This document shows, in pieces, positions 38,990 through 49,486 of a stretch of DNA of 49,486 bases. Position numbers and translations under genes: made by a program. Below the pieces are notes generated by a model. The model saw only the letters and a list, made by a program, of their open reading frames with translations. It made no database searches and was not told the DNA's origin. The stretch spans positions 47,428,069-47,477,554 of the forward strand of contig NC_068990.1 of NCBI RefSeq assembly GCF_001194135.2, given 5' to 3'. Position 1 is the stretch's first letter, and each line of letters starts with the position of its first letter. This DNA comes from Octopus bimaculoides. Taxonomy: Eukaryota.

Positions 38990-41231
38990 CCAAGGGAAGT
39001 GTAATATTTCTTCCGTTTAGACACTGCTTCCAACCGTTCTGATTGTTTCCCCGTTCTTGTACTGCTACGCTCGGTTCGATTTCTTGTGGCATTGGAACAT
39101 CAAAAGTGTCACAGAACACTTCCATGGGTATCTCTTTTTTTTTCCGTATATCTATTTTTTAGCCGGTTTAAATGTCTTTTGTATTCCATTTTTCGCCTCT
39201 GATCATTTTGCCTATTCTTTTTGTTACTATTCCGTCTTCCCAGCCTTGTCTTCCATTTTTATGTATTTTGAAAAACACCTTGTCACCGATTTTAAAATAC
39301 TTTGTCGTATATTTAATGTTTTCCCTATTTGTTTTTCTTAGTAACAGCTTGTCGAGCAAACATTAGTTTTTCGAGCAAACATTAGTTCCGCCGATGACTT
39401 GCCTGGAAAAGTGTTTGGGTTTAGTGTTATCCTATAAACCCTCGAGAATTGTGTCAATGCTGCGTCATTCTTGATTTCTTTAATGCTCTTTTAAATATAT
39501 CCACGAACCTTACCGCTTGCCCGTTTGATCTTGGGTGATATGGAGGAGTAGTGATATGTTCAATTGAGTACATCTTGCAAAAATTCTTAAATTCATTTGC
39601 CATGAATTGTGTACCGTTATCGGAGACTATGGTATCCAGGACACTATAACTAGCAAATGGTTCGTGTAGAAATTCCACTGCTACCGTGGATGTCGGTTTT
39701 CTACATTAACACATTTCTGACCATTTAGTAAAGCTATCGACCACTATTAGATAATATAATCGGTTTAACGATCCTGCAAAGTCTATGTGTAGTTTGGACC
39801 ATGGAATATCGGTCTTGGGGCAAGGTCAAAATTTTATAGGTGGCAATTTCGCTGCAAGAGCACAACCTCTGCATGATTTTACCAACTTCTCAATATCTAG
39901 ATCCATTTTTGGCCAGTAAACTTAACTCCTCATAAGCGACTTCATCCTAAACATTCCTGGATGTCCAGTGTGGAATTCCTTTAACATTCGACCTTGAAGT
40001 GAGGTAGGCATTACGACTCTTTGCACATACATATCGAATACAAATTATCGCATATCGAATACAAATTCAAAACTGTGTTATGTCCAGCCACACCGTCCGT
40101 CTCTGCCTTAATTTTTATTTCCTCCAATGTCACAAGCAATTCACGCACAACATTGCACAATATATATATTTTTTATTTCATTTTCGCCTTTTAATGCCGC
40201 TATCACTGTGTCTTCTAGTGATTCATTGTATTTTGATATTCATCTTGTCAAACCATCTGCATGTCCCAAATTTTTCGATGGCAAATACTCCATTTTGAAG
40301 TCGTAATTCAGTAGGATCGTTCCACAGTGCAACAATCTGTTGGCTGTATGGGTGGGGATACTCTTTTTTGATCCATAGATCAACAATAATGGGCAGTGTT
40401 CTGTCTGCAGGGGGAAACTTCTGCCATGTAATTTTTTATGAAATTTTTTTACCGCATATATGATGGCTAATGCCTCTTTTTCTATTTGACTGTAACTTTT
40501 CTCAGCCGGCAATAATGAACGCGAAGCATGAGCTACTGCTTTCAAGCTACCTACCATCTTCATACTTGTGTAAAATCACAGTTCCAAAACCACCTTCACT
40601 AGCATCTGCTGTCACTACTTTTTCTAAATTCGGATCAAAATGTGATAACAACAATTCCGACGTTAAGACATTTTCAATTTCTTCAAAAGCTTTTTGGAAT
40701 TTGTCCGACCAATTCCACTTAACATCTTTTTTTAACAAGTTATTCAGGGGTGTTCTGAAATCGTGTATGTTCGGTATGTATACCTGGTAGTAATTTGCAA
40801 GCCCCAAAATGCTTGTAACGTTGTAATGTTTATTGGAGGAGGCATATTTTCTATTGCACTCGCCCTAGACGGGTCTGGGCTGCGTCCATTTTCGGCAATA
40901 ATCTGCCCTAGATATCTTATTTTCGGCATAAAAAATTCATTTTTCCTCACTGAGCTTAAACCCATAATCTTTTATTCTTTCGAAGACCTTTTTAACATGC
41001 ACAGCATGCTGACCCCGAGATTCACTTTTTATGAGTATATCGTCAAGGTAAGCTACAGCGAAATCCGAACCTACGAGCATAATGTCCATAACTAGTTGGA
41101 AAACGTCAGGTGCTACCTTTATGCCAAAAGGGAGTCGATTAAATTTATACAACCCTTTATGGGTATTTATTGTCAATAACTTTGAATATTTCTTCTCGAT
41201 TTTCACCTGCAAATATGCTTCAGATAGGTCC
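38990..41231 (-). mobile_element. Decayed Ty3/gypsy pol (RT-RNase H-integrase)
   Basis: RLPFGIKVAP, AYLDDILI, YLGQII, ADASEGGFG, YSQIEKEALA, HADGL, H..HPG...CRGC, IVSDNGTQF, PPYHPRSNGQA; frameshifted. Confidence 0.95.
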
Positions 41232-41929
41232 NNNNNNNNNNNNNNNNNNNNNNNNNNNNNNNNNNNNNNNNNNNNNNNNNNNNNNNNNNNNNNNNNNNNN
41301 NNNNNNNNNNNNNNNNNNNNNNNNNNNNNNNNNNNNNNNNNNNNNNNNNNNNNNNNNNNNNNNNNNNNNNNNNNNNNNNNNNNNNNNNNNNNNNNNNNNN
41401 NNNNNNNNNNNNNNNNNNNNNNNNNNNNNNNNNNNNNNNNNNNNNNNNNNNNNNNNNNNNNNNNNNNNNNNNNNNNNNNNNNNNNNNNNNNNNNNNNNNN
41501 NNNNNNNNNNNNNNNNNNNNNNNNNNNNNNNNNNNNNNNNNNNNNNNNNNNNNNNNNNNNNNNTGCCGTTCGTTTTTGTTTTGTAAAGTTTGCGTGTAGT
41601 GTATTGGATGAGTACAGTCGCCTGAATTCATGTTCTACTTTGGAGAGTGGAATATTAAAGTTGAAATATCAAGAAGGAATCTTTCTTAAATTATTTGAGG
41701 ATGTGCGTAGGTCGGTGATGGGTCTGTTTAATGAATGCTACTTCGCTTAGGTTTTGATTGGCTTTAAAATTGAAATGATTTTGTCTAGTTTCCAGCTTCT
41801 CAAGTATCAGAGTAGCTGTAGTAATTCCTTCACACCGTCAGGATTTTCCTAATTTTCTAGACGGATATAGTTTTGGATGCTAATGACGAAAGTCACATTC
41901 ATTTTCAAAGAAGTGTATAATAAAAATGT

Positions 41930-42290
41930 TACAAACCTTTGAAAGTCTAAAATTTTAGCCAGTTGGAAGTCTCCATTATCGATGTAGCAGAAGTGGTACT
42001 CGTCGTCGGGAACTAGAACTGTCGTCTGTTTCTTAGAATATCTGCTATAACCTCTAGTCTATTTCCTGTTTTCAGCCAGGTGTTTGAACCAATGCACCAA
42101 GCGGTGTTGTTTTATACAAAACTAATTATTTTACAAAATAAGCGTTTTGATTGTGAATTTCGGAAATTTTTGGATTATATCAAGACGGAGTATGGTGTAG
42201 CATTTTTTCTTTTCAAGACACAAAGTGATACCAAAAAAAAGATGTGTCATAGGTTACATGAAATGAACATGAAAGTAGTTCATAGCAACA
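41930..42290 (+). mobile_element. hAT (Charlie/GTF2IRD2-like) transposase remnant
   Basis: CEFRKFLDYIKTEYG...KKMCHRLHEM resembles EF..FL..I..EYG...RWLS.GK.L.R; very decayed. Confidence 0.45.
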
Positions 42291-42398
42291 TCTGTTGGTG
42301 CTGCAACAAAAGTAAATGTCACAAATGTGTGTTAATGAGGAAAGGCAACATGATTAAAAGGTGGCAATCTTCCTCTTAGAACTGTAGCTGTTTCTTTA

Positions 42399-42830
42399 GA
42401 CAAAACAGATTTTCGATAAGAAAATACAACCGAGGAAGAGTGTTACCTAAACAATGGGGTCTCGGTGGTGTCGCGAGGCACAAGTATTCCTTCAGGCCAT
42501 GCATTGACGCAATCATTATATACTGAAAGATTACATTCGACAGTCAGTTCTGCAAGGAATAGCTATATACAGTGACTTATGGCAAGCACATTCGCTCGTA
42601 ACAGAGATACCGGGCTACAAAATTTTGCACAGAACAGTGAAAAACAGCATTCAGTTTATCAACTTGCAATACGAGTCACACACAACAAATTGAAAACATT
42701 TTGACTTGCCTCTAGTGAGGAAATAACGGCGCTGTGGGACTCATCATTCTACAGTAGACTCGCATCTCTGCGAGTTCATGAGGTTCTAAATGCATTTAAA
42801 AATCCTCTTTCAAAATCTGAGCGAGTGCAT
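42399..42830 (+). mobile_element. Merlin (IS1595/ISXO2-like) DDE transposase remnant
   Basis: RKYNRGRVLPKQWGLGGV, LQGIAIYSDLWQAH, HRTVKNSIQFI, HTQQIENIL, LCEFM. Confidence 0.85.
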
Positions 42831-44985
42831 AACACAATTTCGTTTTCATTTCTACCTGTCAATCTTACTTTTGGGAGCTTTTCCTTCTTTTTCTTTTTTT
42901 TCATTCCGTATATAAAAGTTATAGATTTTCATTGTATTTCATAAAAGTTTTCAACTTCGTAAAGTTTATTCTTAATTTTCTTTGATTACTCAATGCGGTG
43001 CCCCAGGATGACCGCATTCTAATGAGTGAAACAAGTAAAAGATAAATTCTTTTTATCCTTTAAGCGAAAACAATCCTTCGGAGTTTCGTAATGGTTCCGT
43101 TTTCTTATTGTGAAGACATGGAAATTGCGACTTCTGATATAATAAGGCATTCGATTGACTAAAATTTCAAACTTGCAATGGTCTGTGTGTCTTTTTTTTT
43201 ATTATTATTAATCTTTATGAAAATTAAATATGATCTTCATCATTAGCATGCCATACTACAATTGTCTCTTGAATTTAGAGCAAGAATACGAATGTGAGAA
43301 GAGTGGTTATAGTAGCACTTTCGGTTTTCTTTGTTATGTTTCGTTGTATTTTGGGATTTGTCGATGCAATTTTAGATGTTTTCTGTTGTCGATTTGTATG
43401 TGTAAGTATATTGTTGGGTGCTCTTACCTTTCGGAATAATTTATCATCTCACGCGAACCATCAGTTCCAAGTTTTACCATACCGATATTTAAACATGGTT
43501 TCTTTATGTTCCAGCTCTACCTTTCTGTGAGAAAACGAGATAGTCTCAGCATTCCAACTGTGATTATTTTGTTTCTTTTCTGGCATTTTATGTCCGCAGC
43601 AGAATAATCGAGTATATTCAATCATTTGTAAAGCAGTGGGATGAAATTGAAAGAGATTTCACTGTTACTTTTATTAGGCCGAACAACCGCAGAGATGCGT
43701 CTTCTTTTGGTTCGAAAAGGAAAGTTATGGGAAGGCTTGGTGCTCCCATTCACCAAGTAATGCAGGAAATTGGCTTATCTACGAGCCAACACAAAAGCAA
43801 TAAACTTAAAGCGAAGACCTTAGCGTGTCCCAGCAGATAGACTAGAATTTACATCAATGGTGTTGTTAGACACCACAATAAATGTCTATCATTTCTTCAT
43901 TCAAATGTTCACCTAGGTTTTTGGAGTTTCAATAATTTGATATGTCATTCCTGCGAGACCGAACCAAAAGCTTTTTTTTTTTTTATCAATCTATGCATAC
44001 GAAAATTACTTTTTGCATAGTTATGCTTCATCTATTACTAACACCTTAATAAAGAACCGGTCATTTTTCAATTAGTCATAAACCCTTTTGTCCAACAGAA
44101 ATTAAACTGTTCTTTTGCAAATGCTCAATCATTCTGTTGAAAGCTGGATAAAGTGATGTTGATAAAGTAACAACAGACAAGCGATAGGGCACTAATTAAA
44201 GGTATTTTCTTGAAGTTGTTCTAGTCCTCCAAATAAGAAACCAACTAGTTACTTGTCCCAAGTGGCTGACCTACAGTGACATATAATATAGTTTGTATTT
44301 CAATGGTGTGGATTTTCTCACCATTACGCCTCCATTCGATCCACACCGTTTTTGCATTTCAATTTACAACGATGTGTAGGACAACGTCAATGGCAAATTA
44401 CGAATGGAAGACCTGACATCATAATTAATTTGGTAATGGCGATATCTTATTTCTTTTTATTTCGTTTAGCAGGGGAGTCCTATTTTCGTTTTTATTTTTA
44501 TAAGAAGTTCTTTGGGGTTGTTTTTTTCTTGTTAGAGGAGCAGTCTGCTATTTACATTTGATAGTAAAACAATGGGAAAGCTTCTGACAAGCTTAGACCA
44601 CAATATGACTTCAGTTACATACGCCTGTACGCATCATACCACTTCACTTTATTTTAGTCAACACCACTAATACTGGTGGGAAAAACATGAACTCCATAAC
44701 TCCCTACATCTCAGTAGCCCTTGTACTGTATCGAGACGATAGCAATGTTTTCATTTGAATAAATTGCCTCATAACCAAGCTGAATATTTCATCGTTATTT
44801 TTTTACTTTGATTTTTCATTCGTTTATTTCTGTCTTTTTTATTATATATTTCTTGGAACTAACTTAATCAACAATGTGGATAATAATATTTAATATATAT
44901 GCAGTTTATCTAATGGCTTGTCACTCATGATATCTAAGCAACAGTTGTGTTTTCACATTCTGTATTAACATCATCTTTAAAATCA

Positions 44986-45016
<31 letters not shown>

Positions 45017-45194
45017 CATTATTTCTCAATCAGTACGTATTTTGTGTGCGTGTGTGTGTGTGTGTGTACTATCAATCATGATTGAAGCGGTTATTAATTG
45101 GTCAACAGACAATAAGACGTATAGAACGATTCTAGTCTAATTTATCATCAAAATCATCACCCCATATACATACACACCTCCCTCTTCGCTCTCT

Positions 45195-45260
<66 letters not shown>

Positions 45261-45324
45261 CTCCACACACACACACACACACAGAAGGAAAGGGAATTGT
45301 GTAAGAGTATGGGAAGATGATCTG

Positions 45325-45446
45325 AGGTGATTTGGGAGATTATCTATGTATGTATGTATATATTGATGTATGTACCCATGTATGTATGTGCGTGTATGTA
45401 TGTATATATTCATGTATGTATCCATGTATATATGTATGTGTGTGTG

Positions 45447-45482
<36 letters not shown>

Positions 45483-45535
45483 TGTATGTATGTATGTATG
45501 TATGCATGCATGTATGTATGTATTTATGTATGTAG
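45325..45535. repeat. (TATG)n compound microsatellite
   Basis: Directly visible. Confidence 0.95.
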
Positions 45536-45744
45536 CACTAACTAAAAAAATCCAAACAAGTACAAGTCATATGTATTCTAACCAACTATTAAGCTAAGAA
45601 ATAGTATAATGCACAAAGAAATACACCGTAGCAAATACATCAAGCAACACCGACAAATATGCATAAACCACACACATAAGGTGTACAACAAAAATTAAAT
45701 ATATAGCCATGGAATAGCTATATATTTGATTCTGTTGTGTTATT

Positions 45745-46063
45745 AGCCAGGCTGTGTTGTAGGGAAGGATCGGAAGTAAGGGAGTAGGCATGTCCTGTCG
45801 GAAGTGGGGCCTGTGGACCCCACCGGAAGTGCCGCGGTGGACATGCGGCATTCAGTGAAGCACGAGGGTCTGTCGGCGGCGAACAACACATCAGAGCAGA
45901 CGTGTGAGAAGGTAGAGCATCGGATAGCGCACGTGGACGTGGAGTGAACCTTGGAGATCGTGACAGCACGTGGATGTTGAAAGTGACCCTTTCTCCGGAC
46001 CGACAGGTAAGACTACCGTAATTCTCTCTTCGCTTCTGTCTTTTTTCTTCCTTTACATCTCAG
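45745..46063 (+). promoter_or_regulatory. GC-rich promoter-like island followed by a 57 nt GT-AG mini-intron (46007-46063)
   Basis: CGGAAGT x3 (45771, 45799, 45824), CACGTG x2 (45930, 45967), donor CAG|GTAAGA, polypyrimidine tract ending ctcag|. Confidence 0.5.
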
Positions 46064-47160
46064 ATTCCATATCAAAATCCTCATAAAACGGGATACATTG
46101 CATCAAACGATAAACTAGCCCTAATGGTATACTACAAATATTACTAACATTTAAAAACTTTATCGACAACAAATCATCAGCTGGTAAGGGCGTAATCAAG
46201 CTACTAACAACCAATGTGATTTTAAAATTCCATTGCAAATGTGGAAGCTGCAAACTTCACGACTCCAAATGATATTCGAGTGAGTGCGACATTCTCTAAA
46301 TCATCATGCTTTTCCCACGAGGAATAATTATAATGTATAATACTACATGCCGCAAAGCAAAACTAGATCAGACAACATCAGTAGATAATACATCTATATC
46401 TAGACAATTCTCGAACAATAAATCTGGAATGGTCGAAACAATACCCATTTCTCAGCAGAATGCTAAAATATATTCACAGACAACACACACACGTAACAAA
46501 TGGAAATGAACGAGTGGTTAATGACGTATAAATCTAAAGGCCAAAATTCAAATTTTGATGGTGATTTATGACAATCACATCGACTCCGTCTACAATAATG
46601 AAGTTATAATACACACCAGCATCCTAATGATGAGCTATGTAGGTCTAGAAACGTTGATAATGAATTTAGGAATTTCTCTGTTCTAAACGAACCCAAGAAA
46701 CTTATATGATCGGTTGTTCTTCCCTCTGCAATTGCAGCAATAACCCAGTTTTCACGGATGCAGAAGCTCCTTCTCTTAGCCAGCCTACCTACCACGTAGT
46801 TTGCAATTTGGGAAATTCTAAGCAATACCATCAGTACGCAATTATTAGGGAGTTTCCTTTTTATGTCTAAAAGTTAAATGTGTATGTGTGTATTTATATC
46901 AAAAGGATGTGTTATAATACTATTCCACACATACAAAAACTGCCATACCAACAATCCAACATACTTCCATTATCAGCGGCCCCACGGATATCATTATGCT
47001 TTCGACACCTGAGCAGTACCATTCAAACCGGCGGTGTCAACAGCACTAAAATAAGTGTTGTTTGGGAACAAACATACCAAAGAAGCCACAACTGTCAAAC
47101 ACATTTACTACGTACAACAGTATCGGTAAATAAATTCAATAAGTAAATTTATAACCAACT
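46064..47160 (+). pseudogene. Possible very decayed PLE ORF
   Basis: Weak motifs only: C..L.II..FPRGI, TIPHIQK, (P)IISGP; many stops. Confidence 0.3.
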
Positions 47161-47225
47161 CCTAAATATGTAACTAAACAGCGACCAAACCTCTAAGTCA
47201 TACAAAAAATATTCCCAACAGTCTT

Positions 47226-47269
<44 letters not shown>

Positions 47270-47326
47270 TAAACAAAGTTAAAACATAGTCTGGGTTTCA
47301 CGTTTTTTTTATTATGGTTTTTTAAT

Positions 47327-47360
47327 AAAATTAGCGCTTTCTGGGTACTCCTCAGATTTC
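47327..47360 (-). ncRNA. Hammerhead relic with stem II deleted
   Basis: GAAAU-CUGAGGA-guaccca-GAA-AGCGCU-A-AUUUU; palindromic stem III AGCGCU, CUA site. Confidence 0.55.
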
Positions 47361-47701
47361 AAATATATTTAGTAAAATAAGGATTTAGATAGAATCAGTT
47401 ACTTGAAAAGATACAAACCAGGTAGGGTTGGATAATCTCCTTACTTTCCACTGCTCTAAGCCGACTATAATAAAATATCACCTACACCCCACTCCTGTCT
47501 ACCTATGAACTAGTCTAGCAGACTCCTATCTCACCGGGTCGTTGACCTTAGATATCATATTACACACTTTCAAGAACTAAATACTTAACCTCAACGGCCA
47601 ACTTAGTTGGTCATTCTCCCATTTCATATTTGGCCTCGACAGACTTCAGCCAAATACCTGCTGTATTCTTGAGATATTCTTTTGTTTGTAAAATCACTTC
47701 A

Positions 47702-47777
47702 CATCTGATGATTACGGTCTTTTGTAATAATGTTCTCATTCTTCTGTTACAAATTTACGTAAGAAACAGCTGTAATG
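47702..47777 (+). ncRNA. Minimal type-I hammerhead with intact core
   Basis: CAU-CUGAUGA-UUACG..(uuuguaa/uuacaaa)..CGUAA-GAA-ACAGCUGU-A-AUG; palindromic stem III, GUA site, predicted cut after 47774. Confidence 0.8.
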
Positions 47778-47866
47778 AGCTGATAATTATCCATCGTATG
47801 TTATTATTCATTTGATGTGTGTATGTGTTTGTGTGCGCGTGTGTGTGAGTGTGTGTGTGTGTGCAT

Positions 47867-47908
<42 letters not shown>

Positions 47909-47991
47909 ATGCTTGCTTTTAAAGCTAGTCCAACAAAGGCTAATAGGCCAACAGTCTCCGTCACCCCTCTTAATTGTAAAAGTTTAATAAT

Positions 47992-48205
47992 AAACAAGAG
48001 CACTCAGAGAATGCAAATCTCCGCCAGAGCAACACCAACGTCCTCTCAACGATTAGCCGGAGATGATTTTTATAAAATGAATATCTGAAAAAAACTCAAC
48101 TGCTCTTAAAAACGAGAATACTATAAATGAACTCGACTGCTCTCAAAACTTAAGTTAAAAATCCAGAAAAATAATCCTGAATCCTTGTCCGGCATCTGAT
48201 CGATC
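47992..48205 (+). mobile_element. Helentron-associated (HINE/DINE-like) element, 5' part
   Basis: ctccgcc near the start matches the 3' hairpin at 49247-49272; atccttgtccgg..ctgatcgatc shared with 49125-49150. Confidence 0.55.
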
Positions 48206-48289
48206 TCAATGGTAGTCATGGAATGTGAAGGTGGGTGTGCGGGCCGTGTTTGTAATGTTTTGTGTGTGTCATCTGCAGTAAGAACAGGG

Positions 48290-48460
48290 ACAGTTTTCTC
48301 TATGAAGGCCTTTTTTAGTCTATCCACTGACATAGTGTCTTTACGACCATTAAGGTCTCTAGTGAAAACTTTATCCGTGCGTGAAAGAAAACGGAAAGGA
48401 CCTGCATACGGTGTTGTTAATGGAGGTTTAACAACATCGTTGCGCACAAAATCGTGAGTC
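48290..48460 (-). mobile_element. Ty3/gypsy integrase C-terminal (GPF/GPY) fragment
   Basis: VRNDVVKPPLTTPYAGPFRFLSRTDKVF...DTMSVDRLKKAF. Confidence 0.85.
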
Positions 48461-48734
48461 CAATAAGTAAAGCTTCCTTCAAGGCAGTGCTAGAAATGCA
48501 ATTGTCGAGTAGGTAAGAGGTTTTTAACAGGAGCGATATATTCAAAATTGGTAAAACTAAAAATTGTCGAGGATAAATTAAATTTATTATTGTTACTGAA
48601 TATATTAGTGTTATTTAATTTCTGAACTTTTTTTGCTGCTGTTTGTTTATGTAGTTTGATTTCTTTAACCATCCGTTTCTACTAAGATAGAGACGCGAAT
48701 AAAATCAATAATAATAATAAAATAAATGCACCCT

Positions 48735-48973
48735 TTTAAAGCCTAGCCAAGCTCATGGGCCTCTTTTCCCGGTTTCAGTGGCGTATGTGTTCCCCAGCTG
48801 GACGGGACACCAGTCCATTGCAGCGTTACTCATTTTTCCAGCTGAGTGGGCTGGAGCAACGTGAAATGAAGTGTTTTGCTCAAGAACACAACGCGTCGCC
48901 CGGTCCAGGAATCGGAACCACAATCTTACGGTCATGATGCTGACACCCTAACCACTAAGCCACGCGCCTCCAC
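48735..48973 (-). mobile_element. tRNA-derived SINE with CORE-like and V-domain-like blocks
   Basis: A box tggcttagtgg, B box ggttccgattcc, tgtgttcttgagcaaaacactt (CORE-like), ctgcaatggactggtgtcccgtccag (V-like, 48798-48823). Confidence 0.85.
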
Positions 48974-49009
48974 AAAATCAATAATGGAGAAACGAAAATA
49001 AAACTTTGT

Positions 49010-49272
49010 AAACAGCAACGCCGCCATACATTACGCGGTTTCAAGAGAGATAATCAGAGAACGACTTGAAAATCAATGTAAGATCGTAATACTTCATGTA
49101 AAGTAAATATAACAAATATTCTAGTATCCTTGTCCGGTACCGGATCGATCCCAAAATCTAATTAGTTCGTGCCAGTCACGAGGTCAAACATCCAGCGGTT
49201 TTTGAAATATCTTGTCCACGGACAAACAAACATAACTGAAAACAATACCTCCGCCTTCGCTAAGGCTGAGGT
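49010..49272 (+). mobile_element. Helentron-associated (HINE/DINE-like) element, 3' part
   Basis: (caaa)n followed by terminal hairpin acctccgcctt-cgct-aaggctgaggt (49247-49272). Confidence 0.65.
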
Positions 49273-49486
49273 AACAATTGCACACGCGCGCGCGCATGCA
49301 TACACATACTAAACGGTATAGGACATTCCTTGTAACCACCCAATAAAATAAATTTTTTAAGTCCCGCACTTTCCTCCAGAGGCATGAGATGGCATCTCAA
49401 GCAAGTGCTAAATATATCTTTAGAATTCCTTGCTAAGGTTTTAGCGAAATCCAGAGACTGGCAGAACAGACAGAGGAGGGTCACAT

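Noticed and set aside
41574-41900. Continuation of gypsy pol or a 5' LTR beyond the gap
   Set aside because: No convincing protease/gag motif and no match to the 38690-39000 region
43240-44600. Coding-like decayed sequence (possible PLE thumb or transposase)
   Set aside because: Only vague motif resemblance; cannot be assigned without an HMM search
46621-46658. HHR-like atc-CTAATGA...GAAACGTT-gat
   Set aside because: G5 mutated and stem II barely pairs; too degenerate to count

Overview
Eukaryotic, AT-rich, repeat-saturated genomic DNA with many N gaps. The SINE families and microsatellite load suggest a cephalopod (Octopus-like) genome; this is inference. I can support no intact host gene, and most ORFs in the track are microsatellite, gap or transposon-relic artefacts. 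Recognisable elements: a near-complete but interrupted Penelope-like element (PLE; RT plus GIY-YIG, Naiad-like motifs, 22870-27750) and a second PLE relic (12800-14030); three R4/Dong-type RLE LINE pieces, two of them in tandem at a (CATA)n tract; a decayed Ty3/gypsy pol (38990-41231) and a second gypsy integrase tail; Merlin, hAT, Tc1/mariner and Helentron-like relics; RTE-like 5' UTRs; many tRNA-derived SINEs; and several long fold-back palindromes. The most striking signal is eight minimal type-I hammerhead ribozyme (HHR) motifs from about seven unrelated sequence families. Two have intact catalytic cores (38774-38836 minus, 47702-47777 plus), and most lie 35-100 nt upstream of a microsatellite junction. 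One family couples a tRNA-like head, an (AAT)n tract and an HHR tail, and occurs here as a head-to-head palindrome: a candidate self-cleaving, PLE-mobilised SINE. All structures were paired by eye and boundaries are approximate.
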